Shown: one piece after another, positions 49,191 to 63,112 of the stretch
Layout: every line of letters begins with the position of its first letter
Position numbering within the stretch: position 1 is the stretch's first letter
NCBI GenBank assembly: GCA_951406725.2
Contig: OX597815.1
Span: 162,192,001-162,256,000, forward strand
Direction of reading: 5' to 3'
Source of the DNA: Octopus vulgaris
Taxonomy: Eukaryota
DNA: 64,000 nt
Notes under the pieces: model-generated
What the model was told of the DNA's origin: nothing
Databases searched by the model: none
Seen by the model: the letters and a program-made list of their open reading frames with translations, nothing else
Position numbers and translations under genes: made by a program

Positions 49191-50029
49191 CCTCAATACT
49201 TCATAAACTGTTTGCATTAATATTTTTTAAAAGTTTATTTTATACACAATTTACCACCTTTCTATGCATTTAAAAAAAAAATAGCTTATAATATATTCAA
49301 AATTTACTTAGATTAAAAAAAATAGCAGCTTAATTGAATTTTTTTTAATTATTAACTGGTATTAACTGTAGTTGTATTACAGTCCAATGACTGATACCAG
49401 TGAAAGTATATTTATCGTAAATGAACAATTTTATTTTAAAAATAGTTTGCAATTTTTGTATTTTCATTTTCCAAGAAGACTGATTCTTTTTTTCCCAATT
49501 AACATTTTATATCCTTTTCTAATGAACTCGTTAGTATTCCAATCACTGACATAAAATTCCTCCTCTCAGCATTGTCATACATTTTTAACCCATTTGAAAA
49601 AGTCCAACTTTTGTTTCAGTCCTCAGACTGTGGCCATGCTGGGGTAGAACCTAGAATTTTTTTTTTTTTGGTTGAATGAATCAATCCCAATATTTTAAGC
49701 CTGCTATTGATTCTATCAGTCTCTTTTACTGAACTGCTAAGTTACAGGGATTTAAACACATCAACACTGGTTGTCAGGTGGTGGTGGGACACACACACAC
49801 ACACAGTGGGCTTCTATCAGTTTCTGCCTACCAAATCCACTCACAAGGCTTTGGTCAGCTCAAAGCTATAGTAGACACTTGCCTAAGGTGCCACACAGAG
49901 GGACTGAATCCAGAACTGTGTGGTTAGGAACCAAACTTCTTACCACGCAGCTACGCTTGTATAGAATCTGGGGTATTAACTGGCTTTAGTGTCTTGAAAG
50001 GTTATGAAGTCAAATCCTGAAAGCATTCT

Positions 50030-50650
50030 TTTGCTTGAAGAATGACCTTTTTTTTAATGCTGTTCTGATTTGGATGAGTTACAATGCTGCATCTCCACTT
50101 GTTGCTGTTCGTTGTCTCCTTTATGAAGCTCAGCAATCTAACATCAAGTCAGACTACTTCTGGCCATGTTGTATTTGGTCTTCCTCTTCCCCAGTCTTGT
50201 ACTTGTTTTAGTCAATACTCTCATGTCTATCAATTTGTGTTGACATAATGCCATTTCAGCAGATACCTACCTCTGATGCCTAGCTTCTCTCAACAAGCTT
50301 GCGCTTAGTTGTTCATTCATGCTGAAATTGTACATCAAAGTGTGCTGACCCCATTATTTCCAAGTCTTTGTATATCCTCTTCTATCAGGCGTCCATATCT
50401 CACATTTTGTATTGCACTTTGTAAATATGATATGCCTGCCTTGCTATGTGTTTTGTTAGCAGAAATAGCTCTTTGTACTTTTCCTGCCATGGCCATACTC
50501 AGGTTGATGCTACCACTTGCATGTTTTACATAAATATATTCATTTGTAAAATGTGTTTTGATAAATATACCCATTTGTGAAATATACCTCAACAAATTAA
50601 TCAAATATTCAAATTTACCGAACTGAACTTTCTTGACCTTTTATCAAGGA
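50030..50650 (-). mobile_element. Decayed LINE RT C-terminal remnant
   Basis: GRGRP motif (GGAAGAGGAAGACCA on minus) and degraded upstream RT-like segments. Confidence 0.4.
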
Positions 50651-53600
50651 CAAAACAAATGAATGGATGTTTAGCCATTTAAGAATGCTTTCTAACATCC
50701 TGGATATAATTCCTTATATCACAGTAACTGAATATTTTTCTTGTTTCCTTATTTCGGCAAGATTCACGTTTAAATCCTAAATACAATCTAATTTCATTAT
50801 AATGCATAACTCTTTAAACCAGCCTTATCTGGCTCATATATTTTACCTGTTTAAAGTTCAAACCAGTTAGATTTGGCTTCTCATACATACTGTCATTCTA
50901 AAAATAAACTATCATCAAAATCTTGAAGCTATGAGATAATTCATGATTAACTGAAATTTATGTGAATAACTAAGTATTACATATGACAGAAAATCTGAAT
51001 GCTAAAGGGCGAACTAGAATGTGTTTAGGGCTTTTGTTGCCAGCCATGATCAAACAGTTCTATGGTATATATTCAGTCAACCTCTAATTTTAATATCATA
51101 CCTCTCTTTGGCTGAATACCATAATGTGCAATCCACCTTGTGGATCAATGGGTGCAATGTGTCAGCCTAGATGTGTTGCACTCTCTGCTGTATAGTATGG
51201 TGGTGGCTACAGTGAAGGTTGGCAAGATGGACTTGTTCAAAACATAACAGTTGCTGTTCTTCTACACTAATTGTTAATTGTGTGAATCTTATTATAGTTT
51301 TTTGACCTCATGAAGCTGTTCTTAACTACAGCTATTTCTGATTTTTTTTTTTTATGCTTGTTTGGATTGAGTGGGTGAGTGATTTTCAGATCCTGTTGTG
51401 TTTTGGTTTTGGTTTTGGTATATGTGACTGCGTGCTTGCTTGTTGTGGAAATAGGCTAAAAGTGGAAGACCACCATAACATGTGCCCTCCCATGTTCAGG
51501 CGATCTTTCACTGTGTAGTTGGTATGTGTACATTGCGAAGATATAAGATTGGCTAAGTCTAAGATTGATGCAATGTATTGTCTGTGAACCATTGTCGTTT
51601 CATTCATGTTTCCCAAACGTGGAACATGTGTTTTCAGAACATGGTTGTGAAATTTTGTTTTTCCATAATGTCTTTTTATGTATTTAACGAAGGTATTGTA
51701 ATGTTTGGATGAAACAGCAGTATTTGATCTAAAAAAAGAATTTTTTCTTGCTTGTTAAAAGGGATTAATTTGCTAATTACTACTTTTTGGTCTATTGTTC
51801 CGGAGCTAGGTTTTTAGGAAATTTGAGTTAAACTAGTGTAGATACCTGGAGAATGGGGAGATGTGACAATTTCTTCTGTATGGCAGCACACTTCTACCAC
51901 CCCATAGTGTGTAATGGTTAATGAAGTGAAGGATGAAAAGAAAGAGTGAGAATATATATGTGGTACACCATTCAAGAAATTGAAAATTCTGAAAGAATTG
52001 TGACTTGAATGGTAGTTTGCAAAGTTTTAACAGATTGTGAATCTAGATTTTAAAGGGAAATTTTGGAACCTATTCAATTGTTTACATACCTGTATTTGTA
52101 TTCCACTCTTGATTAATGATAATTTGTTAATGATTAACATGTGTTACAATCTTTTGTGTAATTTTAGTGTAAGCGTTGCCATCTCAAGACCGATGACTAA
52201 GAGAAAGTTAAACTACAAGACTTCGTTTATGGGGAATAGCAAGTAGCATTAGGTAGTTGTTAGTGTGAAAATATTTAGTAGTTTGAATGAGTAGGTAGGC
52301 TTGTGCAAATTTATGCTATACTATGTTGAAGAGGGGTCAGATTGTCTGTAAGTAATAATAATATACACACATGAGTAAGTTAAGACTGACAGCCATTGTA
52401 GAAAAGTCAAGTTTGCTTTTTCATTTTAAACATTGGCTGTGAATTGGCAGGTAGAGTTCCAAAGGAAAAGTTGCTTCAAGTGATGGCATATATAATTGTC
52501 AAACAACATAAAATAGGTCTTAGTTTGAAAACTGAGCAAGGTGTGGTATACAAGGGAAATTAACACACACACATGCATGTATATGTACTTGTTTGCTGAG
52601 TGATCAACAAACTGGGAAACCTGTTAGAGCGATCTCTTTTATCTGTGTGAAAAGAATACAAAGTTCTATTTACATCTGTTTAGTTTCACAGTGAAGGCTT
52701 TTTAAAAAGCTGTGGTTGAACTACTTTGTCATAGATCTTCGATACATGTGTATCTATGCATTTTGTGCATGTGTGTGTGTGTGCGCAAATGTGTATTTGT
52801 AATTGTGACGTAAGAAACCTATTATGTATAATGCTAAAGAATGCAACTCCTTTGTACTCAGTTCCTATATTGTTTGTGTTTGAAAGATCCATATTTAGGC
52901 ATGTTTAAGTATAAGAGTATAAAAATATTGTTTTGCTTTTCCAACATATTTTATGAAAATCCGTAAAAGGTATAAGTAGATTCCTTTTATTAGGTTGACA
53001 GTAGCTATTGAGTTTCTCTATTTGTAATATATAGTGCTTATAAATCTTGTGGGTAGTTTGGGTTTATAAGCTCACAGATGGAATAGTATTTTACTTTAAT
53101 TAAATGATGTTTTATTTATATTTTAAAGTAAATCTGGCTTGAGAAATAATGTGAACTAGATACATGGCCATAGTTTAGAATTTGTCATTTCTATTATAAC
53201 AATTGCTGTTGTTACCTAACTTTGCTCGTTTGCTCATTTGAAATAAAAAAAAAAAAAAAAGTTTTCTTGACTCTTCTAGTGTACACTACCAACTCCTGTT
53301 ATTTCACACAACTGTGCAGTTGTTATTTATATCAGATTTTAGCTTGTCTAGAGCTTTTTTAATCTTATTGATAACAAGTAGTTTTAATCCTTATAGCTAC
53401 CACATTCTTTATAAGAATATTTATTCAGTCATGTGCTTTTCTACACTCTAAATAGCTGGGTGTTTAATCAGTTCATCATAAATACTGAATTTAGCCATAG
53501 CTTAAAACTAGAAGCACCAACATTATCTGCTTTTTCTTACCTGTTGCAATCTCTACTACTGACAGATATCAGGTTCCACCTTAGTCTTAAAATAATTCCT

Positions 53601-54109
53601 TTTGTAATCATGTTGTTGACATTGAATTATTTTTTTTATTTGATTTTTGTTGTTAGAGCAAAGCATTATCTATTTCTAAATAGTAAAAGGCAAATGGAAT
53701 CTGAATATTAATATTTATAATCATTTTAGTCTCGACAGATGATTGTCTATAATCCTAATAGCATGATAAAATGTACTCACTCCATGCTGTCAAGTGGTTG
53801 GTTATGGGAAGAGTAGGTTAGTTATTTTATCAGTCTCTATTGGTGATCTGCTAAATTATGGGCATGTAAACACATCACTGGTTGTCAAGCAGTGGTGCAG
53901 GACACAAGGTAATTTGGTTTCAAAATAGTTAAACAATGTCAGACAGAATGAAAAAAATCCTGTTAGAAATAACAACCAAATCTTCTTCAAATCCATTCCG
54001 AAATTTAGTCACAAATACAATGGAAAGTCCAAATAGCATAAACAGAATTAACACAATGTTAGTGCTGTACTTGCTAATGGTATGGTGTGGAAACCTGACC
54101 ATCTAAGTC

Positions 54110-54215
54110 AACCACTCAACAGGTACAAATTCTTCTGGATAGCATTGGGTTTGGTGGAGTAGGTATGTTATTGGCAGAGAAATAGATGAAGTAATTGGCA
54201 TTCAATAAGTAACAA
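54110..54215 (+). mobile_element. RTE apurinic endonuclease fragment
   Basis: RYKFFW...GGVGMLLAEK motif. Confidence 0.55.
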
Positions 54216-55904
54216 GACTTGGACAAGATCTGAAAGATCCCAACTATTTGGAAGATAATATGGTTGTGGAATAGTACAGAAGATAGTGTAAAAGCTAAAG
54301 ACAAGTTTGGAAAGATTGGGGGAGTACTGAGTAAAAGTTAGTATTTTGTATTAATAGTTTTTCAAAATTGCATTATTTGAGGTTACATGAAAGTGAGAGA
54401 AACTTTCAATCATTTGGATTCTTGTTAACTTGTTTTAAAAGCATCCAGCACACTCTGTAAAATGGTTGGTGATAAGAAGGGCATCCAGCTGTAGAAACCA
54501 TGCCAAATCAGACTGGAGTCTGGTGCAGTATCCCCACCCCACAAGCTTGCAAGCTCTTCTCAAACCACCCAACCCATGCTAGCATGGACAATGGATGTTT
54601 AATGATGATGATATGGAAGTATAGGTAATGGTTGGTATTCACAGCTAATGACCGCAGTTAGCCCCATTCTTGGCAGTAGGAATGAAGTTGAAATCTTTCC
54701 AGTTACACACTTTATAGATCTTTCTTTCAAACAGTCATTGAAAGTGCACATTTTGGTGATAAAACAAAGACATAAGGCAAGTCCTGCTATACACAACTAA
54801 CATCTTCACTAGTACATGTGCAAGAAATAACATGTGAAGCAAATATAAAAGTGAAGGAAACTTGCTGTTTAACCCTTTAGCATTTAAATTGGTCATATCC
54901 AGCCTAAATAATCTACCTGTTTTATGTTCAAACCAGCCAGATATGCACCCCACCACACAGTTATCCTACTATAATTATTCTAAGCATACTCACAAAATTG
55001 AAATCTCAAAGCTACGAAGTATTTCATGATTAATCCAAAGCAATATGAATAAACAAGCATTACATTTGACAGAGAAATCTGAATGCTAAAGATAGTGTGG
55101 GATTGCATTGCCAAGCTGCTTCTTCCATATCAAATTTACTTTCCAACCCTTAATGCAAGCTAATTAATTCTTCCTAAAATGGGCACAAGAAGCACATCCT
55201 TGATGCTGTCAGGTCTGATACCAAGAGGTACTGGATTAGGTCAATGGAACTTAAGGCTCACTGCTATTGACTGGTTTTGCAGTGTTCAGAATATGGCAGC
55301 CTTGCAAATTTACCTGGTATAATTTTGTACACTTTAGCTGTTCTATATTAAGATCACTCAGCTTTTGGAATAATTATGAATGTTAAGAAGTTATTCTTGT
55401 GCAATGATGATTCCGGGATTAAAAAGGAAAGCAACAACATTGCTATCTCCACAAGAAATACAATGGAGTTAGCCAATTTCATTGGATTATTTATGTTAGA
55501 TATTCTTAGGAAGCATACATTTCCCCCACAACCCAGGCTTAGCAGAGGCATGACGTGTCAATAATTTGAAGTAACATAAATAGCCGCAGTGTGAATGAAT
55601 TTAAGAACTTTATAAGAATCTTAAGGGAATTTGACATCAGCACTGTAAATACAGTTTTTGGGACATTAGACTTTAACCCTTTAGTACTAAACCAGTCAGA
55701 TCAGGCTTCTCACACCTATCCTACAATGTCGTTCTAAAAATAAACAATCACACAATCAAAATTTGAAACTACAAGATAATGCATGATCAATTCGAAACAC
55801 TATGAATAAGTATTACATATGACAAAATAACCTGAATGCTAAAGGGTTGCATAGGCAAATGGCAAATACCATACAGAAAGTCTGAGATGACTCTATGTAT
55901 GTAA

Positions 55905-55943
<39 letters not shown>

Positions 55944-56067
55944 ATCCAAACATGAAAACACAAAGAGAAAGCACAACAACGCAAGGACATGGAACAAGTA
56001 TAGTGTTATTGGATGCTCAAGAAAGGAAAGAAAGAAGGATATTGGACACTCGGGAAAGGAAAGAAAG

Positions 56068-56105
56068 AGGATTTAATGTTTCGAGCGGAGCTCTTCATCA
56101 GAAAC
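56068..56105 (-). ncRNA. Minimal type I hammerhead ribozyme motif in a PLE-type repeat (55938-56180)
   Basis: Minus strand GTTT-CTGATGA-A-GAGC[TCC]GCTC-GAAA-CATT-AAAT. Confidence 0.7.
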
Positions 56106-56199
56106 ATAGCAAATGGAAAGATCCAAGGAAGGGAAGACGGAGGGGAAAAAATCGCCAACGATACACATGCTGTCACATAATGTATTTACACATGTACTC

Positions 56200-56560
56200 A
56201 CAGGAATTCTTACTATTCACTACTATAAAACATTGTAGAAAACTCTCTAACCTATATTCATATAGGAAAGAGATTTCTTCTGTAGACATGGACCCTGTTA
56301 TAAAGAACCATTAGAACAGTGATTTTTAACAAATTAATGTATATGGAGGATCCCTTACCCACAAAAGATAGTTCAGAAGAGAAAAATAACTTGGTTCAAT
56401 CTTCCATTCAAAGTAGATATTTCGAATATAACTCGAGATTAGTTCTCTAATTTGGCAACACTTCCCAAGTACGCAAGAATGTAACCGTTTTCAATGCTCA
56501 TAAGGTTATACTTGTCCTACATTATACTGCATGCTTCACAAGAAAAAAAACCTACATTTA
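56200..56560 (+). mobile_element. Decayed Penelope-like pol fragment
   Basis: RKLSNL...KITWFNLPFKVDISNITRD...QHFP...FNAHKVI..SY, the PLE linker motif. Confidence 0.6.
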
Positions 56561-56861
56561 TACAGCTTTGATACCATGCACTCATATGCAACTACCATAT
56601 CAAAACATATGCCATATGGCAAAGCATTGTAGGACAACACTCACCATATGTGTGTGCATAATGTGCCAAATTCACTACTTGTTCTTGTGTAACCTGGCAT
56701 TATAGTAATAGACACCCATGGTGCCATACAGGAAGATTGAACTCAAAACCATGTGGTTAGGAAGCACATTTCTTAATCACATGTATATATTCCTTATAAC
56801 TTTTATATGTGTACGTGTAATATGTATATAGAAATATACATACAGGTTTATGTATGTACAT

Positions 56862-56893
<32 letters not shown>

Positions 56894-59800
56894 GTGTGTG
56901 TGCATGCACACCATCATAAATAGCTTCCACTGCAGATCTGTGTACATATACACTGGAAGCCATTTATTGTGATAATGTTGACGAAGCCTTTTTGTTAATA
57001 ATTACTGGCTGATAGTTCATTTTAAAATTTGTAAAGCTAATTTTGATAGCAACAACTACTTGATAATATTACTAATGATTATGAGCAGCTTCCACTGTTT
57101 AACGTGTTTGTGTACATATGCAAATGATTAATTTGGTGTATAAATGTGTACATACTTGTGTGTACATGCATACACTTATTAAATAAACAGGTTTGTTGTG
57201 CAAACAAGGTAAAGAGTTTGCAAACATGAGCAGTTTTTTTTTTTTTTTTTGACAGAAGATACTGACTTAGAGATTGAACATTTCATTTGATAAGTGTGAT
57301 GTATGTAACTTCTGCTGAAAAAATGTGTATATATGTGTGATCAGTATCATCTTTTAACGTTCATTCTCCATGCAAATATGGGTTGGACAGTTTGGCAGTT
57401 GGCCGGCTTGACAGGGCTACCCAGACTCCATTTGTTTTGGTATGGTTGGATGGTTTGACAAGATCCAGGGACTCAAGGACTGCATACTCCAGGGTCTTCT
57501 TTAGCTTGGTTTCTATGGTTGGATGCCCTTCTTTAATGCCAACCAATTCACAGTGCTTATTGGATCCTTTTTTTTTTTTCTTCTTTGTACCATTTTCACT
57601 AGTGAGACCACCATGCAATTTGCAAGACTGCTAACCTTCAGTGGGGCAACGTTATGCTGGGAAATGACAAGATAAAAGAATGAGAAATATGAAAAGTATT
57701 TTGACTGGTTTGAAGTGCAGATGACCATGTAATAATTCGCCATAAGTTAAATGGATGTTCAATCAGTTGTTGAATGCCTCACTGTATGTGTCACATGTTG
57801 GCATTACAATCCTGATTAAGATATTAATTGTATCCTCTGACATTTTGTCAGTCGTCTGTCTTAGTGATCCCTTCACTGCCAGAGACCAAGGTAAAACACG
57901 GTGTTCGCCACATCAACAATGAACATACCGCATTGCCATCTTCATAATCACTTTCCTTTTAGGATGGCGATTGATGTATCCACTAAAGTTTGCGTCTCCT
58001 AATTGTGAAGCATGGCCAGTGAGAGCTGAAGATTTTACTGGAAATATTTTGACAGCAATTTTTATTTTTTGCACTTGAAAACTTGTATCCGCCTCCAAAG
58101 TTCATCCCTGTTATTGGATTGGTTCTCTTTTACAACTCTTGCTCAGAAGACATCTTTGTTCATTTAGTCATGCACTCTTGAGGTCAAAGGGATAAACTCA
58201 TCTGTGATGCAGTTGTTTTCCTGAGATTCTCTAAATAACTGAGGACAGATTTTAACCTTTTAGCATTTAAACTGGCTATATTTGGCCCAAATATTCTACC
58301 CATTTTATGTTCAAACTTGATCAGATCCTGCTTCGCACACATACGTAATGTTTTAAAAATAGTCATATTGAAATCTTGCCATTATATAATTCTTGATTAA
58401 TTCAAAGTAGTGAATAAATATTACATTTGATAGACTATAATTTGAAAGCTAAAGGGTTAAAGTCATATACTTACATATCTATCTCTCTCTCTATATATAT
58501 AATGTGTGGATATATATGTGAATGTGCATGGATTAATGGTTAGTGTATTTGGCTCCTGATCATGAGGTTGTGAATTTGATTTGTCTTTGAGCGAGACAAT
58601 TTATTCCATGTTACTTCAGTTTCCTCAGCTGGCAAAAATGAGTTGTATCTGTAGTTCAATAATGGGCCAGCCTTGTCACATTCAGTTTCTCATGCTGAAT
58701 CTCTGAGAACTATACTAGGGTACATGTCTGTTGAGTGCCTAGCCACTTGTACATTAATTTCACAAGCAGGTTGTTCTGTTGATCAAATCAACTGGAACAC
58801 TCAGCACCACAGCCGGAGTGCCCTACATAAATATGGTTCTAGATTCAGTTCAGTGCTGGTGACATGTAAAAGGCACCACCCGACCGTGTCCGTTGCCAGC
58901 GCTGCCCTGACTGGCCTCCGTGCCCGTGGCACGTAAAAAGCACCATCTGATCGTGGCCATTGCCAGCCTTGCCTGGCCCCCATGCTGGTGGCACGTAAAA
59001 AGCACCACCCATCCATGGCCGTTTGCCAGCCCCGTCTGGCACCAGTGTGGGTGGCACGTAAAAAGCACCCACTACACTCATGGAGTGGTTGGCGTTAGGA
59101 AGGGCATCCAGCCGTAGAAACATTGCCAGATCAGACTGGGCCTGGTGCAGCCTTCTGGCTTCCCAGACCCCAGTTGAACCGTCCAACCCATGCTAGCATG
59201 GAAAGCGGACACTAAATGATGATGATGATGATAACTGAATGGTTAGCTATTGAATCACTATTGTCTTGATTTAAGCTTTTGTTTTTTTCTTTCTCTGTGT
59301 TCCTAAATAAGTCATTTACACAAACATTTGCAATGCTTCGTAAAAATTTGTGAATATTTTAAGATTTTCAAATATGTTTAGTAACATTTTGTCTTATAGC
59401 TATTATAATAATTATTTGAATGACACTTTTAGTTATTTAATCAGTGAATCAGTGTAGTAAAATAAATCAATATTAAAATTCCATATATATGCTTATATTG
59501 ATGTGAATCCTGTTTTGTTCATCTACTTGTCTTGTTAAATCTTACTGCAATCTGTTGTACTTGAAGCTTTGTTGAAGTCATTTTCATGGTTACTACATTG
59601 GAAATATCCTTCATCAAGAAGATAGATTTTATTTGTATTCATTTGTTTACTAGGAATGCTTTGGATGTAGAATCCCTTCTTTGAAGAGGCAATTCAAATT
59701 AATTAGAGTCAAAGCGCACAATCGGGAGTTCAGTTTTTTTTTTCGTTTCTTCTATTGGATTTTTCTTGTTCCACTTGGTGATATTGCAAATCAGCTGAAA

Positions 59801-62576
59801 GATAGTAAGTTGTTACCAATCCACACTGTTGTTTTAGCATGTTCACCTCTAAAAATACTTAGCTTTCTCAAGTCATGAAAAATAATCAGCTTTAGAAAAC
59901 TACCCAACCCATGTTGTGAAATACTGAAATATGAATATTAATTAGTATATTGGTAATAGCACTATCTAAGCTGTCGAGAAAAGTAATAGCTTAAACGAAT
60001 TATGAGTTCTTGTTCTTTTTTGTGTAATGCAATAGAAGCAAAGCAGCAAGAGACACTTCTACATTTATGTGAAGCATGGGATAGCTTCTTGGCAGTCTGA
60101 CTCATAGGAAGCAGTAAAGCAATTCTGGCATACCATTAAATTCGGGAAGGCAATTAGGGCTTTTGTATTTTGGGGGTTTCATATATTAACCCTTTAGCAT
60201 CAGATTATTATGTCAAACGTAATATTTATTTATTCACATTGTTTTGAATTAATCATGCATTATCTTGTAGCTTGAAGATTTCAATGATGTAATTGTTTAT
60301 TTTTAGAAAGACTGGATCTGGTTGTTTTGAACATAAAACATGTAGAATATGTTGCCAGATATGGCCAGTTCAAATGCTAAAGGGTTAGAATATATAACTA
60401 ACGAATTGGCTTGTTAACATCTCTCGTGACTTTATTTGTTTTTCTTGGTATTAGCAAATATTAAACCAGGATCAGAGGCACTTTAATTTAAGTGATAAAG
60501 ATGGTTTTTAAAATTAGGAAAAAAGTTTGTAATGCGAAAAGCAACTACTTAAAGTGGAAAAGTAATTCATTTTGAGCTGTTAGATAATGTGACAGCCTTG
60601 TCTGCAAGGAACAGTTGACATTTGTATGATGAGCTAAGAAAATCATGACTGGTGTGACAACAAAACATTGGACTGGTAAATGTCCTTATCTTGCTTGTTG
60701 CTGACTAACAAAGGTGGTAGACCCTGAATGCTGAGTCAAAGCATACCTCCTGTAGCTTATGGCAAGTTAATTAGTGTATAGCATTCTAGATTTGATAATT
60801 ACATTGTCATTTTAAGTAAATGTGAAATAGCTATGTACCAGAGAAGTTTCCCAACTATTCAAGTTTCATAGTTGTATTTCCTGTCTGTGTGTGTGAGTGT
60901 TTGTGTGTTTGTACCTTGTACAAGTTTTTAGGTGTTCTAACACTTATGAATTTGGAATTTTCATATACTAGTTAAAATCAGCGAAACTAGTGTTCTTTAA
61001 CTCAGTTCAAACATATTACTTCAAAAATTGTTGCAAATTATGAATTTTATCTTGTTCAAAATTAATTTTGATGAAATTGAAATTTTAAAACTAGTTATTT
61101 TACTGACTAAAGCAGTGTTTTTTTCAGATTGTCATAAAGATTTGCTATTGAATTCCATTTAATAAATCCTAAATCATTAGAAATGACATTTTCTGTTTTT
61201 TTTTTTTTGTTTTTTTCCTTTTTACTTGTTTCAGTTTGTGCACTGTGACCATGCTAGAGTGCTACCTTGAAGGGTTTAGTCAAACAAATTGACCCTAGTA
61301 CTTGTTTTTTAAAAGCTTGGTACTTACCCTATCAGTCTCTTTTGCCAAACTGCTAAGTTACAGTTAGGTCACCAATGCTGGTTGTAAATCAGTGGTGGGT
61401 GACAAATGCATACATAAATTTAACAATAGGCTTCTTTCGGTTTCCGTCTGCCAAATCCACTATTAATGTTTTGGTCAGCCCTGAGCTATAGTAGAAGACA
61501 CTTACTCAACATACTGCACAGTCACTGAGCCCAAGACCATTGTGAAGTAAGCTTCTAAACCACTCTGCCTATGTCATGTTAATATAACGTGAAAGAAAAA
61601 CAGCTTCGGCTTAATGTGTTGTGGTTAAATTTCAGTTTAGGATTGAACTCTTGTGGTAAGTGTTTGGAAATGGATGAAACCATTTGGATACATGAGTAAT
61701 AATAATGTTCTTCAACCTTAATAACTTAGTCCACTGTTTTTGTTTTGAAATGATTAGGACTCTTTTGGGAACAGTTTGTATTGTATTTTCCTACATACAA
61801 GTTGACATAGTATATAATGTAAACATTCAAACATTGTCACTGTCTTTTTGAATCCTGCTGCAATCTATATGGATGTGTAAGTCAACCTACCATTTTTGAC
61901 TGTTAATTTTGGTTTGGAAAGTTCTACTCGAATGCTTGAAAATCAGTGATTTAAAAAAAAAAAAAAGAAGTCGTTGAAGATATCCAAGATACTTATGTTA
62001 ATGTTTTCAGGATGATATTTCAAATAAATAAAGTTTGGGGAAAATTAAGTATTTGGAATGATTTGAATAAAATAACTTTATTTGTACAACAATTTGTTGT
62101 TAGAACTAGAGATGGCTCCTCTAACATTAATTTATGATGAAATATTTGCTTGTAGTAAAAGTGAACCCTTTAGCACTCAGCTCATTCTGTTAAATGTATT
62201 GTTTATTTATTCACATTGTTTTGAATTAATCATGCATTGACTCATAAGCACCAGGATTTCAGTGATATGATTGTTTATTTTTAGAATGTCATTGTAGGGT
62301 AGGTGTGAGAGGCTAGATCTATCTGATTTAAACAAAGAACAGTAAAAATAGTTGGGCCCAGATATGGCTTGTTTAAATTGCTGAAAGGTTAATTACAATC
62401 ACTTTTTATCTAGAACAGCTTGATAGCATGGGTCTGGTAGTGCCCCCACCCTCTCTCTCACATTTTCATTTAAATGGTTAACCTTTTGAACAAAAATATC
62501 TGAAATCCATTTTGCAAGGTGTTCACATTTAATTGAAATCTTATTTTCTTATCTAACATGGGCTTTTAGATTAACA

Positions 62577-63112
62577 CTTGTGAAGACCTGTTGAGGCAAG
62601 TGAAAATCAAAACAAATCAAAATAGATGAACATCAATGGAATTTGTATCCTTGTGGTACCAGTGCCGGTGGCACGTGGCACACAAGAAAACCATCCGAAC
62701 GTGGCCGTAGCCAGTACCGCATCGACTGGCCTCCGTGCTGTGGGCACGTAACAAGCACCATCCGATCGTGGCCGTTTTGCCAGCCTCATCTGGCACCTGT
62801 GTCGGTGGCACATAAAAACACCATCCGAGCGTGGCCGTCTGCCAGCCTCGTCTGGCACCTGTGTCGGTGGCACATAAAAAAACACCATCCGAGCGTGGCC
62901 GTTTGCCAGCCTCGTCTGGCACCTGTGTCGGTGGCACATAAAATCACCCACTACACTCTCGGAGTGGTTGGCGTTAGGAAGGGCATCCAGCTGTAGAAAC
63001 ATTGCCAGATCTGACTGGACTGGTGCAGCTTTCGGGCTCCCCAGACCCCAGTTGAACCGTCCAACCCATGCTAGCATGGAAAGCGGACGTTAAATGATGA
63101 TGATGATGATGA
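62577..63112 (+). mobile_element. Young RTE 3' UTR copy with a 28-bp TSD
   Basis: TSD TTATCTAACATGGGCTTTTAGATTAACA at 62549-62576 and 63113-63140; (GAT)n tail. Confidence 0.93.
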
